Source: Hormiphora californensis
Lineage: Eukaryota; Animalia; Ctenophora
Reading direction: 5' to 3'
Assembly (NCBI GenBank): GCA_020137815.1
Contig: CM035356.1
Coordinates: forward strand, 7,130,001 to 7,194,000
DNA length: 64,000 bases
Of this stretch, positions 13,869 through 28,500 are shown piece after piece; the stretch's first letter is position 1, and the number at the start of each line of letters is the position of its first letter. Below the pieces are notes generated by a model. That model saw nothing but the letters and a program-made list of their open reading frames with translations. It had not been told where the DNA came from and ran no database searches. A program made the position numbers and the translations under genes.

Positions 13869-15379
13869 AATACACCATTGAAAATTTTGAATTCCTTGTC
13901 GCCTATCGAGCTCATCTAGTAAACAACTATTCTGTACTTACTATGTACATGATGTCGTTGTCTTGAGTTGGTCCTATCACAAATTAGTCTCCTATGATCT
14001 GAGTTTGAGTATTGAATTTTATTGAGGGTGTACCGGCCTTGTCGACATTGTTTGTAGCCTGTAGGATTATTGGTGGACTTTAAAGTTAAATAACTAATGT
14101 AAACAGTCTTTCTGTGTTCCACAGATCTTCTCTCAACTTTCTCAAAGAGATTGTAATCACAACGTAAGATTAAACTTAGCTAGTATCACGGTCTGATTGG
14201 ATATGCTGAGAGTGATGGTATGATCAATGTTGGTTTTCATACACAAACGAGAAAAGTTAATCAAATTCAATCAGTCCAATTGATCCAGAAGATGAGTCGG
14301 AGCATAACTCGTTCAATTAGTTACTGTAGAGGGATCATAACACGTGTGAATATGTTAAGAGATGATATTCTCTTCACAAACAAAGATATCTTGAGGGATT
14401 GAGAGAATGGAAACACCACTCTTTTACTCTTGCTTGAAAATAAGAATTATTTTAGAAAACAGTCAGCACAATTGTCGCTTACTGCAGTATAATGTACACG
14501 ATTGCGAATTCAATCAGCACCTGTCGATTGTCACTTAGTTCAGTACATAGTTGTATGATTTCCCTCATTTTAAAGACCGTAATAAAATGCCTCGATTTCA
14601 CACTTTTTACGTCTCACGTACTATTAAACTGTGTAATGATTGCTATGCCTCAATTAATATTAAACATTGCCTCAATACTGATTGGAATGTTGAAATAGTG
14701 ATCTCGAAAATCTTGATATACCGCATCTCAACCTACTCCACATACTATGTACTCTAAGATCTTAGAATTGTTTGTCCGATATTTGTGTCCCTGTAACCGG
14801 GATCTGTTTACCGTCTTTCCCCGCCCCACGCCAACCCCTGATAGTACTAGGGGTGAGAAAGCCGTAGCCGAGTACAATTTGTGGCTGCAGAACTGGACTG
14901 CTAATACTCCGATGGAGCATGATGGAATTGTAATAATGGATGATGCTGATTCAGCCGATAACTACATGTACTCTCCCTTGCAGGTTAGTTAAATTTAATG
15001 ATGGGGACATGTGTTATTATTGATTTAGTTGAGGTAGGACGTAGGTGTTTAACATTGTGATGCACCACAGACTTGTTGAGTATTCAACAACCAGTAACCA
15101 CAGAGGGTAACTGCCATAATTGATAATATGGTTGTTGCATGGTTGTAACTGACGCAGTATAACTGGACGTAGTCCAATAGTCCATGTTCAATGATTGAAA
15201 ACATTACATGTTCAATGATTGAAAACATTACTCCCTTCTTTAGAAACGTTATTGTTTTAGTTAATTTGATGAATCGATCTACTCTGATCTACTCTGATAC
15301 TGATCTACTGCTAATTAAAACGTACCACTCGCGATACGTTCATCGTAAAACTTCTTACAATTTATATCTCTCGAGGGGG

Positions 15380-15410
<31 letters not shown>

Positions 15411-15453
15411 TCCCCCCTCATCGCTCCCTCTCCTCTCTCTCTCCTCATCCTCT

Positions 15454-15492
<39 letters not shown>

Positions 15493-15531
15493 ATCTCGTT
15501 CCCTTCTCTCTCTCCTCTCTCTCTCTCTCTA

Positions 15532-15580
<49 letters not shown>

Positions 15581-16720
15581 GTCTCCCCCTCTCTCTCTCT
15601 CCCTTGTTATATTTCTACATCTTTTTCATCACAAGCAACGATCATGAAACAATGGTGTGCACTTTTTTCAAGGCCCCCACGACTATACATCACAGCCACA
15701 TCACGACTCTCCAGTTAGTACGTGTGAACGCTGTACTTGAGTTTATCAGTAGTTCGTGACATTTACTGTACTGTTTTTGTTGCATAACAAAGAGAGATAG
15801 TACATGTTCCAACGTGCTTCTGGTACCTGTATTGTGTTCCAAGTACTTTCAGTATCTCGAGGAGATGTGCAGGTCGCAGGAGTCCCTTATATTTCACTTT
15901 TACCTGAGCTGCTGTGATCCATTATTCACGCTTTCGCCCTTGTCTACACTGTAATTTTTAAGTCACTTCTCCGCATCCATAGTTTTGCAAGGAGTTCACC
16001 TTCGTTTCTCAAGAATCTCAAGGGCAGCCATACAAAACATGAATTCCCCACGCCCCATCTGTTGTTATTCATGAACGTCATCCATGCATGTGCCTGTTCG
16101 AGTTTTACTCGATTCTTCATGGTGTCTGTCCAGAATACATGACGATAGAGTTCACTCACAATGTTTTCCCTCTGCTGCTGCGTATTATGTAGTTGTCACA
16201 CCCTTCACTCGTGCACGATCGTGAAAACTAGTTCCATTAAATTTAATTAGTTCACATTAAATTCACATTATTTAGTTCACAGTTCTAGTAATTGTAGCGT
16301 TCCAAGTATCATAACGTGCTGTGTGGGAAGCTGCACGTTCTGGTTGTATTGTTATACACGTGGTAGTCCTGGCTGTCCTACACTTGGAAGACATGGAGGA
16401 CGTGATGAAACTTCATAGCCCCAACATCTCCAGTACCTTTTCTAAACATGAGGTGAATTGTAATTTCAATATATTAGGCATTTCAATATAATATTAGGTA
16501 TATTATTATAATATTAGTATAATACTTCACAATAATTATTGCACAACTGAGTCATGAATACACTTAAATTGTCACGATAAAACATTTAAGTGGTTCTGCT
16601 GCTTTGCCAAAACGAGTCCTTTATTGAAATAACAGCTCGACCTAGCTCTCCCTGGATTTGCTTGTGTTTGAAACTAATATATCCTATCGGCATTCAATCA
16701 TTTGATGATCATTTCGTCAA

Positions 16721-16837
16721 AAGTATTCCACGTTAAACTAATCCTTGAAGAGGCACGTGAAGTATTCCACGTTAAACTAATCCTTGGAGAGGCACGTGAA
16801 GTATTCCACGTTAAACTAATCCTTGGAGAGGCACGTG
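16721..16837. repeat. 39-bp tandem repeat x3
   Basis: aagtattccacgttaaactaatccttg(g/a)agaggcacgtg repeated three times. Confidence 0.95.
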
Positions 16838-17720
16838 CAGTACCGTGATGAGAACCCAGTCATGTTTGTTACTCAATTCCAATTCACGTGGTTTACATTT
16901 AACTGTGGTTTTTGTTTGGAGATCTAAGACCATAGGATCATTGGAAAATTGAATGTGACATCAGATTCGATGTAGGATTCCACGACCTTTTGGTTTTATA
17001 CACAATTGTCTTGTGGTCTATCAAGGTGAGGTCAAGTAGTTCTAACCAGAACAGTTACTAACCACATCATGAACAGAGCTTATATCCATCCATTTCATTT
17101 TCCGTGAATTTGTAAATTTGTAAGTGCTTACTACCGCGGTTTTTGAATATATAATGTCGTTCGGTGGATTCTCCTTCCACCACCTCCAGTCTCATGATAT
17201 TGCTGACACTTTCACCACCGAAGAGGTATTGTTAGGATAGAAAGGGGGAGACATGCACTGCTAATAGACCCCCTGAAGCTTGTGTTGTCTGTTTCCATAT
17301 TATAGTGCACTATTCACTGAATTAAAGATCGCGAGTAAAGGCATTGATTGAGGACGATGTATAATTTAGCTTCGACGGTGGTTTGAACTTGTTATGCAGA
17401 TATGGTTAGGATGGTTAGGGGCCGATCATTATAGACGTCAGTGCCTCATAATCTGAATGAGTTGACACCTAGAGAGGGATCAGGGAGAGAAAGATATTGT
17501 TAGGGCATACATAATAAGGGGCAAGATATATAGTTGGAATGGTAATTATCAGTTATAATTCAGAACCCCCTGGATTAGAGCACCGCGTCATTCTGTTTAT
17601 CTAGAAGTATCTAGAAGTATTATTTCCTTTCTTCTCTATCTCTCTACTCTTTTTATCTTCTCTCTATCGCTTCTCTCTTCATCCCTATCTCTCTCTATCT
17701 CCTCGTCTCTCTCTCTCCAC

Positions 17721-17863
<143 letters not shown>

Positions 17864-17998
17864 ATATTGTACTATCTTACTCTCTTTCTCCTTTTCCAGC
17901 TCTTTCTGATTTTCTATGTCTAGCACTGCTCGTTTTGTGTCTCCGGTACATTTCTGAATGATTAGTGGTCACCATAACGACGATACTATATCTTGATC

Positions 17999-18132
<134 letters not shown>

Positions 18133-19545
18133 TCTCTCTCCTTCTCTCTCCTTCTCTAGTTCATTCTTCTCTTTCCGTTTCCTTTCTCACTATTTTCATT
18201 TTCCTAATCTCACTACTGTTTAGATTCATCCTGTCTCCGAACATTTCCTTCAAAACAGTTGCATTTTCTTTCATCTGACACATTCTAAAGTCTAAACTAT
18301 ATTTGTGTTCGGTTTCCAGTAAGCCATTTTTTAGTATCCATTTGAAGTTGAAATGATGTCAGGGCCGGACTTTAGAATTCCCCAAGGGAGGCCAATCCGG
18401 CGGAATCGTGGTATCCCTATTTCACCAAAGGCCCGGCCCCTTGTTGGAGACAGCAGAACCCATTTTATTCGGAGAATCTTTGGACGATGATGAAGTCATT
18501 GAACTTAGCATCACTGAGGTACACCTACCATTAACAAATACAGTCCTCTTGGTTGATCGCTTATAATTAACGGATCTGGTATTATTACATCCGGTATTAC
18601 AAAAATCTGGGGGTCCTTCACGAAACAATTATAGGACCGGAGTTAGGACCGGTCCCAGACTAACCAGTCGAAGACTAACCCGTATATTATATTTTATAGT
18701 TTGTTAATGATATTCCCTTAAATATAAAAAATATATAAAATCTACCAGGCGACCCTTAATTAATTAATTATGTAATTGTTGGGTAACACGCGCTGTATCG
18801 TGTGGCCCTTATTATTACTTTATAGTTTCCAATTATGACACACGTATTGACACATGAAAACATCATACATACCATTCCGTCTATCCGGCCGTGTCTATTC
18901 AATTTCTAGCTCCCTATTAATATACACGTTGACGAAGTGTAACGTCTACGTAGCAGTACGTATACGACCCTAACGGTCCAATGTGGTGTCACGTGGTCTA
19001 GTCACGTGATCACTCCGTCAATAATATTCAACCTGGTCAGTGGGACGGAGTTGTGATAAAATGTTTCATATTGTTTCCAAGTTCCTTCTAATACTGAACA
19101 TTTCATACTGGCCTGTGATTTATATATATTATTATTTTGTTATGTTCTAATATATAACCCTCCTTTACATTTGTGTAACACAGTCTAGCTAGGCAAATTA
19201 TTATTAACCCTTCGTGTTTTTTTAAACATTTGGTAGTTGAAGAAAGTTGATGTGCCATTTCTAAACTCATGGAAAACCGAGATTGGGTATAAAGGTTATT
19301 GTGTTTAGTATATAGGGACAACTGCACAGCCACAGATACTTTCTTCCTTTCTCCGATAATTGAATGTCGGACAACGTCACCCGGAGGCCCGGGGAGAAAG
19401 GGAGAGATAGAAGGGGAGAGAGAAAGAGAGAAAATAGTCCCCATTTTTGTGTACAATAGTTAGATGGACAGGGTTAGACAGAATAGGAGATGAAGAAGGA
19501 AAGAGAAGGAAAGTTTTCGGGAGAATAGAGATAGTCAGAAGAGGG

Positions 19546-19622
<77 letters not shown>

Positions 19623-20162
19623 CAGCTCCACGGGACACTGAGTATTGTAATACCATTACAGCGTGTGATGGCCGGGACAGCGTTGCAACTACAACCCAAT
19701 GAAGTTGACATCCTCTCCCCAACTTCAACTCCAATCTCCACATCATCATCATCATCCAGTTACCGACCCTTGTTTATACCGTGTTCCCCCCATGGGAGGA
19801 ATGATAATGGAACCTGCTTCCTTCTCGATGGATCAGACTTCTCGTGTGAATTACTGGTACTGAGATGCACGTGTGATCTGCAAGGGGTTTTGTTTGTGAT
19901 TTAGTTTTGGAATGCTGCATGCGTTTGCAAGGGATTTCTTTCTTTTTTTCCAATCCCACGGTTGAAATGTTGACTGTTGAGCTCTATAGTTTTTTTTTGC
20001 GTTTGTTCCAAGATTGATCATGGCTTAGTGTTTCTACGTCACTATATTATTGCACATGTGAATTATCTGGAACATGCGTCTGTTCCCACGGTTTCCGGTT
20101 TATTATTGAAGGTCTCCAGCGGCGTCACAATATATGCGGTCCCCTGAACCACGAACTTCCGC

Positions 20163-20257
<95 letters not shown>

Positions 20258-20697
20258 TTCTGTTTATGCGATTATTATAGACCGACTACTAGGGGGTGTG
20301 TGAAAATAGACACGGCACATACAGACCCACAATAGCTAACAGGGCGAGCAATCAATACTGACAGTTCATTAGTTTCCTCCTTTCATTCTCCATCTGAAAA
20401 TGACGACATCACTTATCTGCGACGAACCAGCTGTATATTTTTTTTTTCGTGGAAGCATTATATATGTTGGTTTTATGTGTATAGGACAATACAAATAAAA
20501 ACAAGGAAGTTTAGTTCAACAGTTTACACATGTTTCAATACAAAATATAGGACAATAGCAAGTCAAGTTAGCAGAATGTTCAAGATCTTGCTTACACAGA
20601 GTGAGCAACTAGATTCTGTAGCAACTTCTGTTATGTAGTGTATTCTCATTATAAATTGAGTACTGAACTAGAGTGTGTGCGTGTGTTTATAAAACTA

Positions 20698-21573
20698 CCG
20701 TGTGCGGCAAAAAAAATCCCCCCCCTAGACCACCATAGTTGCCGATGTGGTGGAGAGCTGTAACTTGGCAGGGTTGCTCCACTATGTCTATCTTGATCCT
20801 GACAGAAAAATCAGAGCTCTAGCTCAAAATTCATTTTCATGAACGGAATGAACATTGTCATTCATTCCAGGAAAAAATATTTTCCGGTCCAAAATTTAAC
20901 TAATTATGTTTGGCTATCGATTTGCTTTCCAATGTGACCAAGATCAGCTAAATTGGACAACCACAAGAGACACAGTGTCATGTTGCTTTAAGTTAGTCAG
21001 GTCATGTGATCTTCACCGAATCGTTGAGTTTCCGGGATTGCTAATCGGGCCAATGGGCAAAGGAATCTCGTATCATGGCCGCTAATTGGGTATGTGTACC
21101 AATACAGGGTGATGTGATTCGAGGAAAGAGGACATTTATCAAAGAGCTACAGATCTGATGACCAATCAGCATCGTCATCCCTCATTAGCAGATGTGATAC
21201 GTGATTCTCTACCACTTAGACCAATTCGTAATACTGAACACGATCAACGATTCAGTGAAGATCACATGACCTGACTAACTTTAAGAAACATGACACTGTG
21301 TCTCTTGTGATTGTCCAATTTAGCTGATCTTGGTCACATTGGAAAGCTAATCGATAGCCAAACATAATTAGTTAAATTTTGGACCGGAAAATATTTTTTC
21401 CTGGAATGAATGACAATGTTCATTCCGTTCATGAAAATGAATTTTGAGCTAGAGCTCTGATTTTTCTGTCAGGATCAAGATAGACATAGTGGAGCAACCC
21501 TGCCAAGTTACAGCTCTCCACCACATCGGCAACTATGGTGGTCTAGGGGGGGGATTTTTTTTGCCGCACACGG
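20698..21573. mobile_element. Foldback MITE, Tc1/mariner-type (TA TSD), ~330-bp inverted arms
   Basis: TA|CCGTGTGCGGC...GCCGCACACGG|TA. Arms ~20698-21026 and ~21244-21573 are near-perfect reverse complements around a ~215-bp spacer. Confidence 0.9.
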
Positions 21574-21818
21574 TATTTCTCCCTCTTCTCATCGTATACA
21601 GATGAACAGGATGGGACAGGGCGGGTGTTAGAATACAATACTCCGAATAGAAATGCGTGGCGGGCATTGAACCGCCATGCTGCATAATACCACGGAGTAT
21701 AGTTTAAACCCATTTAACCCGCGTTATCTAATACCTATTCATGCTAATTGGGTTGTGTCAATTGAAGGTGTGTTCCCTCCCATGTGACCCACTTTATAAC
21801 ACGTGATTTCATTTTCAG

Positions 21819-23563
21819 ATCAACATGTTCAGGGATATTTTCAACATGTACGACAAGGACGGGAATAATAGTATTGGTGGGTTGATGTTTGGTTGTTTGT
21901 TTGTTTATTTATTTGTTTGTTAAACCACATTTTAACCACATTGTAACCACATTGTAACCACATTGTAACCCCATTTTAACCACATTTTAACCACTTTGTA
22001 ACCACATTGTAACCCCATTTTAACCACATTTTAACCACATTGTAACCACATTGTAACCACATTGTAACCACCTTTAGACAGTGGAGAGTTGAAGTTGATC
22101 TTGGAGGAGCTGGGATACGAGTGTACGGAAGACGATGTTTCTCAGGTCATCAAGAAATTCGACACAGACCAAACGGGTACCATCGGTAGGTTGCGGATGA
22201 AGGAATGTCCCTTTTTTCTGATCATTAGGTATATATCTCTTCATTCCTACACACATGTCACACTATGTGTGTCACACAGATGGTTTTCGTTCTCCCTTTT
22301 TGACACCTCTCTTGTGACACCTCCCCTTTGTGACACCTCTCTTGTTACACCTCCCCTTGTCACCACCCCCCCCCCCATTTTTACACCCCTTCCTCTCACC
22401 TCTCTTTCCCCTATATCAGACTTCAATGAGTTTCTCTGTCTGATTGGTGACTGGATGTCCAACGATGAAAACCAGATCAGGGATGCCTTTGAAGTGTTCG
22501 ATAAGGAGGGGAATGGTTATTTATCGTTAGAACAACTCAAACGTGCCCTAACTACCTACGGAGAGGCGTTCACGGATGCAGAGGCAGAGGAATTCTTCAG
22601 GTTAGCCCGGGCTGTCAGGTCATTGCTATAACCGCGATTCTTGTGCGAGAATAGGGTCAGGCCAATGTTCGCCAGGAGGAGTTCTTCAGATATGGTGGCA
22701 GAGTTGGATTGGTCTAGAAACAACCCGATACGGCGATATATGAACTATGAACGTTTGTAGCTTGGCGCGTTATCAAGTTGGCTGTCGCCAGCGCGAGCTG
22801 GCGATAGCCAACTGGAGTTTAATCGCCCGGCAGGGCGATTAAACTGGTTTAAATCACGACCCCGAACCCGAGGCGCAGCCGAGGGTGAGGGGGAGGCGAT
22901 TTAAACCTATAACGTGACAAGCTAACAAACGTTCATAGTTTATGAAACCCGATAGCAATTTCACATTAACAAGAGACACAACACAAGGTAAAACACACAA
23001 GGAGTACTGGCAAATAGTCAACAATCGTCCCCAAACTGTGTGTAGACTAACTGGCACCTAGTTGCAACTGTTCCTAACATATTTGGGTAAGAGAGAGCAA
23101 GATTGGGGCTAATACACACAGTGAGAGATATTGAACAGTAAAAGAGAGAATGAGAGAGAGAAGAGATAGGAATGCGATTCTTTTGACTTTTTATGAGAGA
23201 GATAACATTGAAAACTGTTGCAGATGTGTTCCCCTCTCTGTTATTGACAGAACTGTGTGTTTACACACATTTTAATTACTCTGAATTTTACACGCATGTT
23301 ATTCAAATGAAGAGAAATGCGTGAAAAAGAGAGCGGGACTGTTAAAACGCCAGCAGGGTGTTAAATCCCCCAGCTAGCAGTTATCATGAGCGCGCAAAAT
23401 GTTCAAACGACTGTTAAATCAGCTATCGGGTTTCATATCTTATTATCTTGGCTTTCTTCCGTCTGAGTTCTGACCCTGATATTATTTCAGTGAGATAGAT
23501 ATTGACGGGGATGGAACGATAACAGCCGACGAATTCATCCAATATATCAAGGGGTTAAATTGA
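21819..23563 (+). CDS. Calmodulin-like four-EF-hand protein (start exon unresolved)
   Basis: Exons 21819-21876, 22078-22185, 22420-22600, 23491-23563 are phase-consistent. EF loops DKDGNNSIDSGE, DTDQTGTIDFNE, DKEGNGYLSLEQ, DIDGDGTITADE; TGA at 23561-23563. Start is either ATG 21825 or an unseen upstream exon. Confidence 0.9.
21921..22070. repeat. 11-bp minisatellite (tt(g/t)taaccaca)n filling the first visible CaM-like intron
   Basis: About 13 tandem units directly before the acceptor at 22077. Confidence 0.9.
22738..23437 (+). mobile_element. Structured bipartite repeat, copy A (four-way-junction module plus long-range inverted repeat)
   Basis: Closing stem 22738-22773/22909-22943 encloses three hairpins, one containing ccgaggcgcagccgagg. 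Second IR tatgaaacccgatagc 22941-22956 pairs with 23422-23437. Confidence 0.7.
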
Positions 23564-23792
23564 GGGAATATCCACACTCCTATAATTCTCCTTCAACAAC
23601 CTTGTGTGCCAAACAGAGAGAGAGAGACCATGACATAAAATGACGAGCGTTGTAATGCTGCTGCAAGGGAGGGAGAGAGAGGTGTATAGCTCCTACCACA
23701 GTGCAGTTGAAGACTGTACCCAACTTGTTATTGACTCTTGTTGTTTGTGACTTGGAATGACTTCAATGTGTGAGTGGATATCGAACTTTGTT

Positions 23793-23925
<133 letters not shown>

Positions 23926-24003
23926 GAACTGTGAGTATTAGACAGGTTGTTCGTGACGGGGCTAAACAAGTGTCTTTGGAGTCCCCTGAGTCCCCTGACT
24001 TCA

Positions 24004-24614
24004 TTCGGGGCCTGGCAAGGCCCCCCGACCCGAATACAACCCAAACTCAACCCATCCCCCCTAAAACATCCCCTCTAAAACTAAAACAACGGGGCCGAGC
24101 CGACAGGCCCTTAATACCAGATGAAAAAAAACCATAAACCGCAAACCATAAAACCATAAAACCATAAAACCATAGATATTTTTAGAGTGAAAGTTTTGAA
24201 GCCCCCTGAAGTAGTAGAGAGGTGTTCTATGGCTCGTTGGAAAGGTCTCGAGGTCCCGCGACGTATAGGGGGTGCGGCGATGGCCGTACCCAAACCCATA
24301 AGGGGTAGGACGCGAAAAACAGTCAAAATAAGGGGTATGCAGATCTCGGCAACTAGAAGGAGTAGAAAGGTGTTCTAGGGTGCGCTCGAAAGCTCTCGAG
24401 GTACTGAAGTAACTGGAATGTAATTGGAAGTAATTACATGTAATTAAAATGTAATTACATGTAATTAAAGGGTAATTACATGTAATTAAAAGGTCTAAAT
24501 GACCCCAAATGACAATTTAAACATATTTTGACACATTTGGAGGCCCTGAGACCAGCGGGTGGCCAAATTTAATACGGTTTCGGGTCGGCTGACGTAAAAA
24601 CTCCGCGTTTTGGT
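24004..24614 (-). mobile_element. Helentron-associated non-autonomous element (HINE/DINE-1-like), single copy
   Basis: Same family as 37911-39591. Subterminal inverted repeats ccgacccgaa/ttcgggtcgg, terminal hairpin ggggccttgccaggcccc, internal (aaccat)n microsatellite and (gtaattacat)n core. Confidence 0.7.
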
Positions 24615-25544
24615 AACCATAAATCATAATATCCAACGGTGTGTGTGTGTGTGTGGCTCTAGGTTATAGCGTACCAAACTCTGCCGCACGACAGAACGGT
24701 GTTGCAACCTGTCATAAAGTCTGTGGTCTGTATGAAAGATAGTAGCTAAAATATCACGCTCAAAATTACACCAAAATCAAACAAAACTTCTCTGATATTC
24801 TAACTGTTTGTGGTCTGTATTCGGGCACTCTCACGCAAGCTTTATGTCCTGTCAGCTTCTGACGGTTCTAAGTACCAAGATGTCTGAGATGTGATTTTTT
24901 AATAAATGTGCCAACTGCCAAGCCCCTGTCACACTTTTGTCACGTTTAGTCGGTAACGCGCGATACCACAAACCAGATGTTACACGCGCGCCAACTCTGA
25001 TCTCCCTCTCCCACAAAATGTGTGTGTAACTGCACGTGCGCGCGGCTCTGACTCCTCTCAAACTCGGGAACACAGCCTGGAGCTCCAGTCCCATTTGATC
25101 TTCAGTACATTGAGATCGGGTTGGCACCGCCAGATAGACACAAAATGGAGTGAGTGTCCCAAGAATAAATGCTATTTATTTTAACCCGTTCCACGCCATG
25201 TTTGTTTGCTGTCTGGCGGCGCCGACCCGATCTGAGCGCAATGTCAATCAAAACGGGGTATGGCGACGCCAGACAGCTTGTTTGTGGTATTTGATTATGT
25301 TTCACAACTGTAAAAAAACTCTTTTAAGCGGTGTCTGTGTGAACTATATTGCATTTTTATGTACACAATTGTTAATATATATACAAAATCCGGCCTTGTA
25401 TTTACACACTTTGAAAGAGCTAGCTCCTTAACTTTTCCTAAAAACACAAATATAATGTCTCTTGATCATGAAGGCACACAAATCAGAGCCGCAGTTGGTC
25501 GGCAAAACTTCTCAGAAGAGTCTCTTAATCTCCGGGGCCTGTCC

Positions 25545-28500
25545 TTAGTTAAGGAACTCTGCTAATCGATTATCACTCATCAATTTTGATTCCAAGGACA
25601 CATACTTTTGTGGGGCTAGCTCTTTGTGCCTGTAAAATAATTGGGGTTATCATAGTACAGGTGAGAGATGTTGGGACAAGTAAAACTTGGTTTTCTTGGC
25701 CTTGCACGGTGTACTGTCTGACCCCGTGTTGCTCGATACCGCAGGAGACAGTGTAGTGATTAGCGAAATTGGCTCGAAATACCACGAACGAAAAACACTA
25801 GTTAACTATTGGTGACGCCATCACCTCTCTGTGACGCCATCACCTCTCTGCTTACAACTCAGCCCGCTTCGCGGGCTTCGTTTTCGTGCGCTATGCGCGC
25901 GAGTTGTAAGGGTGACTGGGGGGTGACTGCGTCACCAAAGTTAACTAGAAGTCTCTTCACTCCAAATACCTGTTTAGTCGTTCCTCAAGGATGTGTATTT
26001 TGAACATCGCCTCGCTGCAATAGCTCACATACTGCTCCTCTTCCTCCTTCGTCATAGTTGTCTGGTTTTGTTGGTACCAGTTCTGTTTCCACTGTAGTTG
26101 TTGGGTTTCCTGTGTGGGTTCATCATTAGTAGGATTACTATCATGTTAGAAACCAACTTACAAAAAATACCCGGGTATGTTTACTAAACCAAAAGTACGC
26201 GTGATTTCAATTCCATTTTAATAAAACTGCATCTATACCGAGCAATCTCGAAAAGTTTCATCCAGATATAGTTTTTTTACCTTTTCAAACCGTCCCTGGA
26301 TAAGATTTGCCATGTCCACAAGGCGGTCCTTCAGATCCTTTAGGCAGTCATCTCGTAGCTGTTGAGCTAAATCAGCTGTCATCTTGGATGGGTCTCCAAT
26401 CCTAGCCAGGAACGGAGCCAGATAATCAAGTTCCATCTCCTCTCGCCTAGCCTCATCGTCCTTTCTCTTTCGCTCCTATGAAGAAGCTGCATTAAAAATA
26501 ACGTTTATTGTTAGCTAGCTTTGTGCATTGCACGAGTCTCTCCCTACCAGGCATTATGCTGACCACTTCTCGCGGTCAAACATCACACTACAAGAAATGA
26601 CCCTATTCCCCCCCCCCTATTTTCCTTACCAGTTCTTCTCGCCTCTTTTTAGCTGTATCATTTCGGGCTGTATCATAGATAGACACACTCATCTCCGTCG
26701 TGAGCTCCTCCTGCGTCCTACACTCCAGTATATCTCGTACCTGAGAGTTGAGAAATGAATTTATTTAAAACAAAATTAATCCTTGCATTCTTCCCTGCTG
26801 GATAGCTGGATAGTTCTCCTAATTATTAGAGATGAGCTAAAAATAATCGCTGCCCTGGAGTTCAGTTAGACGGCTACGAGAATAACTGAAGTTCGCACCA
26901 AAGTTCAGTAAGCAGCCGTATTTTTGTGCAAACTTCAGTTATTTTCCAGTGAAATGTTGAACTCCAGTTCATTACGGTTATTATCCGATATAGGGCCCAC
27001 TGCCCCCCCCCCCCTCCCCGTTCTCCTGGAATCATTACCTCTTGCTCGCTCGCCCGGACAGTTTCAACACATCTCTCCTCCCGAGACAGGAGATTCACAA
27101 TTGTGTTGTAGATGTGTATCAGCTTTGGGTTCTTTGCTTGACGTTCTACCTGCCACAATGGGGGTGTGAATAACACAGGAAATTAGTTGTTGTCACAGAC
27201 CACAAAATCAAACAAAGTGCGACACCATGATGATAGAGAAACCTGAAAATATAACGAACCTGGAAACTAGTGACCATATCAATGGTGATCTGAACCTGAC
27301 CCTTATCTTCGTTTTGTACAGGTTTCAAATATTCATGGGTACTTGATATGATCCTCTCATCCTGAGATGTATTGTTGATTAAGGGGTGAAGAGATATAAG
27401 AGTTTTAGCATGTTATTTCCCCCATTATTTTAACTCAACTACCTCATATTTTACTGCCTGGAGTTGCCTTGCTAGACCCTGTTATGTTTTCCCGAGGGTT
27501 AGAACATGTCACATGACAAACCTGGAGATGATGTTTGATAAACATTTTCTCTTCGTTTAGTAGGAAGGTTAGCTCTGCAATATCATCATCTGCTGCCAGA
27601 GAAGTATCTCGGGCGTAGTACTCGGTAATTTGCTGTGGAACAGAGGGTGTTACATATTGCTGGTGTAAATAACTCCATCACCAAGACCATATTTTCATTT
27701 TCACGTCCCAGGCCCATGAAACTCCCTCCGCGACCAAACTTGGTAACGGGTTTTGGTTTGCGAGATGATTCTCTCAACTCCAGTCGGTATTCTCTCAGTT
27801 TAAGCTTTAAATCTGTTAGAAAATGTCTGGCGAACTCAATTTAGCAAGCCATCCCAATTTGCCCGTTTATGGTTTGCGCGCGCGAGTTACCGCAGCAACA
27901 GACCCTGATCGAGCGCGCTGTGTTCAGTGCTCGTGTTCTCGCGCCCTCCGTCGATGACTAAAATACAGTGTGACATTAGAATGTGCCAAAAACAAACCCA
28001 AACACGAATGAAGTTACACTGTCAGGCCAATGCTCTGACAGAATTTACACGTCCCAGTTGCTCACATAATCGTGACTAAAAAACCGGGGAGGTAATATCA
28101 GGAACACAATTAACTCACATTTATGGGTTTTTCGTTTCCCTCAGCAGGACCGAATTTCTTGACCCGTTTTGTGTAGTTAACGATACGTTTCTCCAAAAAG
28201 TCGTCTCTATCCTTATAGTGCTCAGTAAGAACGGTTGGAGTCTCCTCCCTACATTTCAGACCGTCAGTTCGAGCCCTGGATTAATAAGTTTTGTAGTAAG
28301 ATCTGAGATCCGAAAAGCAACTCAAGCGATTTCGTGTTCTAAACTAAAAACATGTTTATCAATTACCCCCCGCCCCCGCCCTTGACTTACAAGGAATCGA
28401 AGTCCATGGTACGAGTCGCCTCTGACCCAGTCTGGTTTGAGTAGTAGACATGCTGGCGGAGGGACCGCTGTCTTCCTGGTCCGTATGCTTCTGTAACTTT

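Noticed and set aside
16721-16837. 39-bp repeats as a CRISPR array
   Set aside because: Head-to-tail with no spacers, eukaryotic context, no cas genes.
21819-23563. EF-hand gene as a Ca2+-activated photoprotein
   Set aside because: About 140 aa with four calmodulin-spaced EF-hands; photoproteins are ~200 aa with three functional hands.
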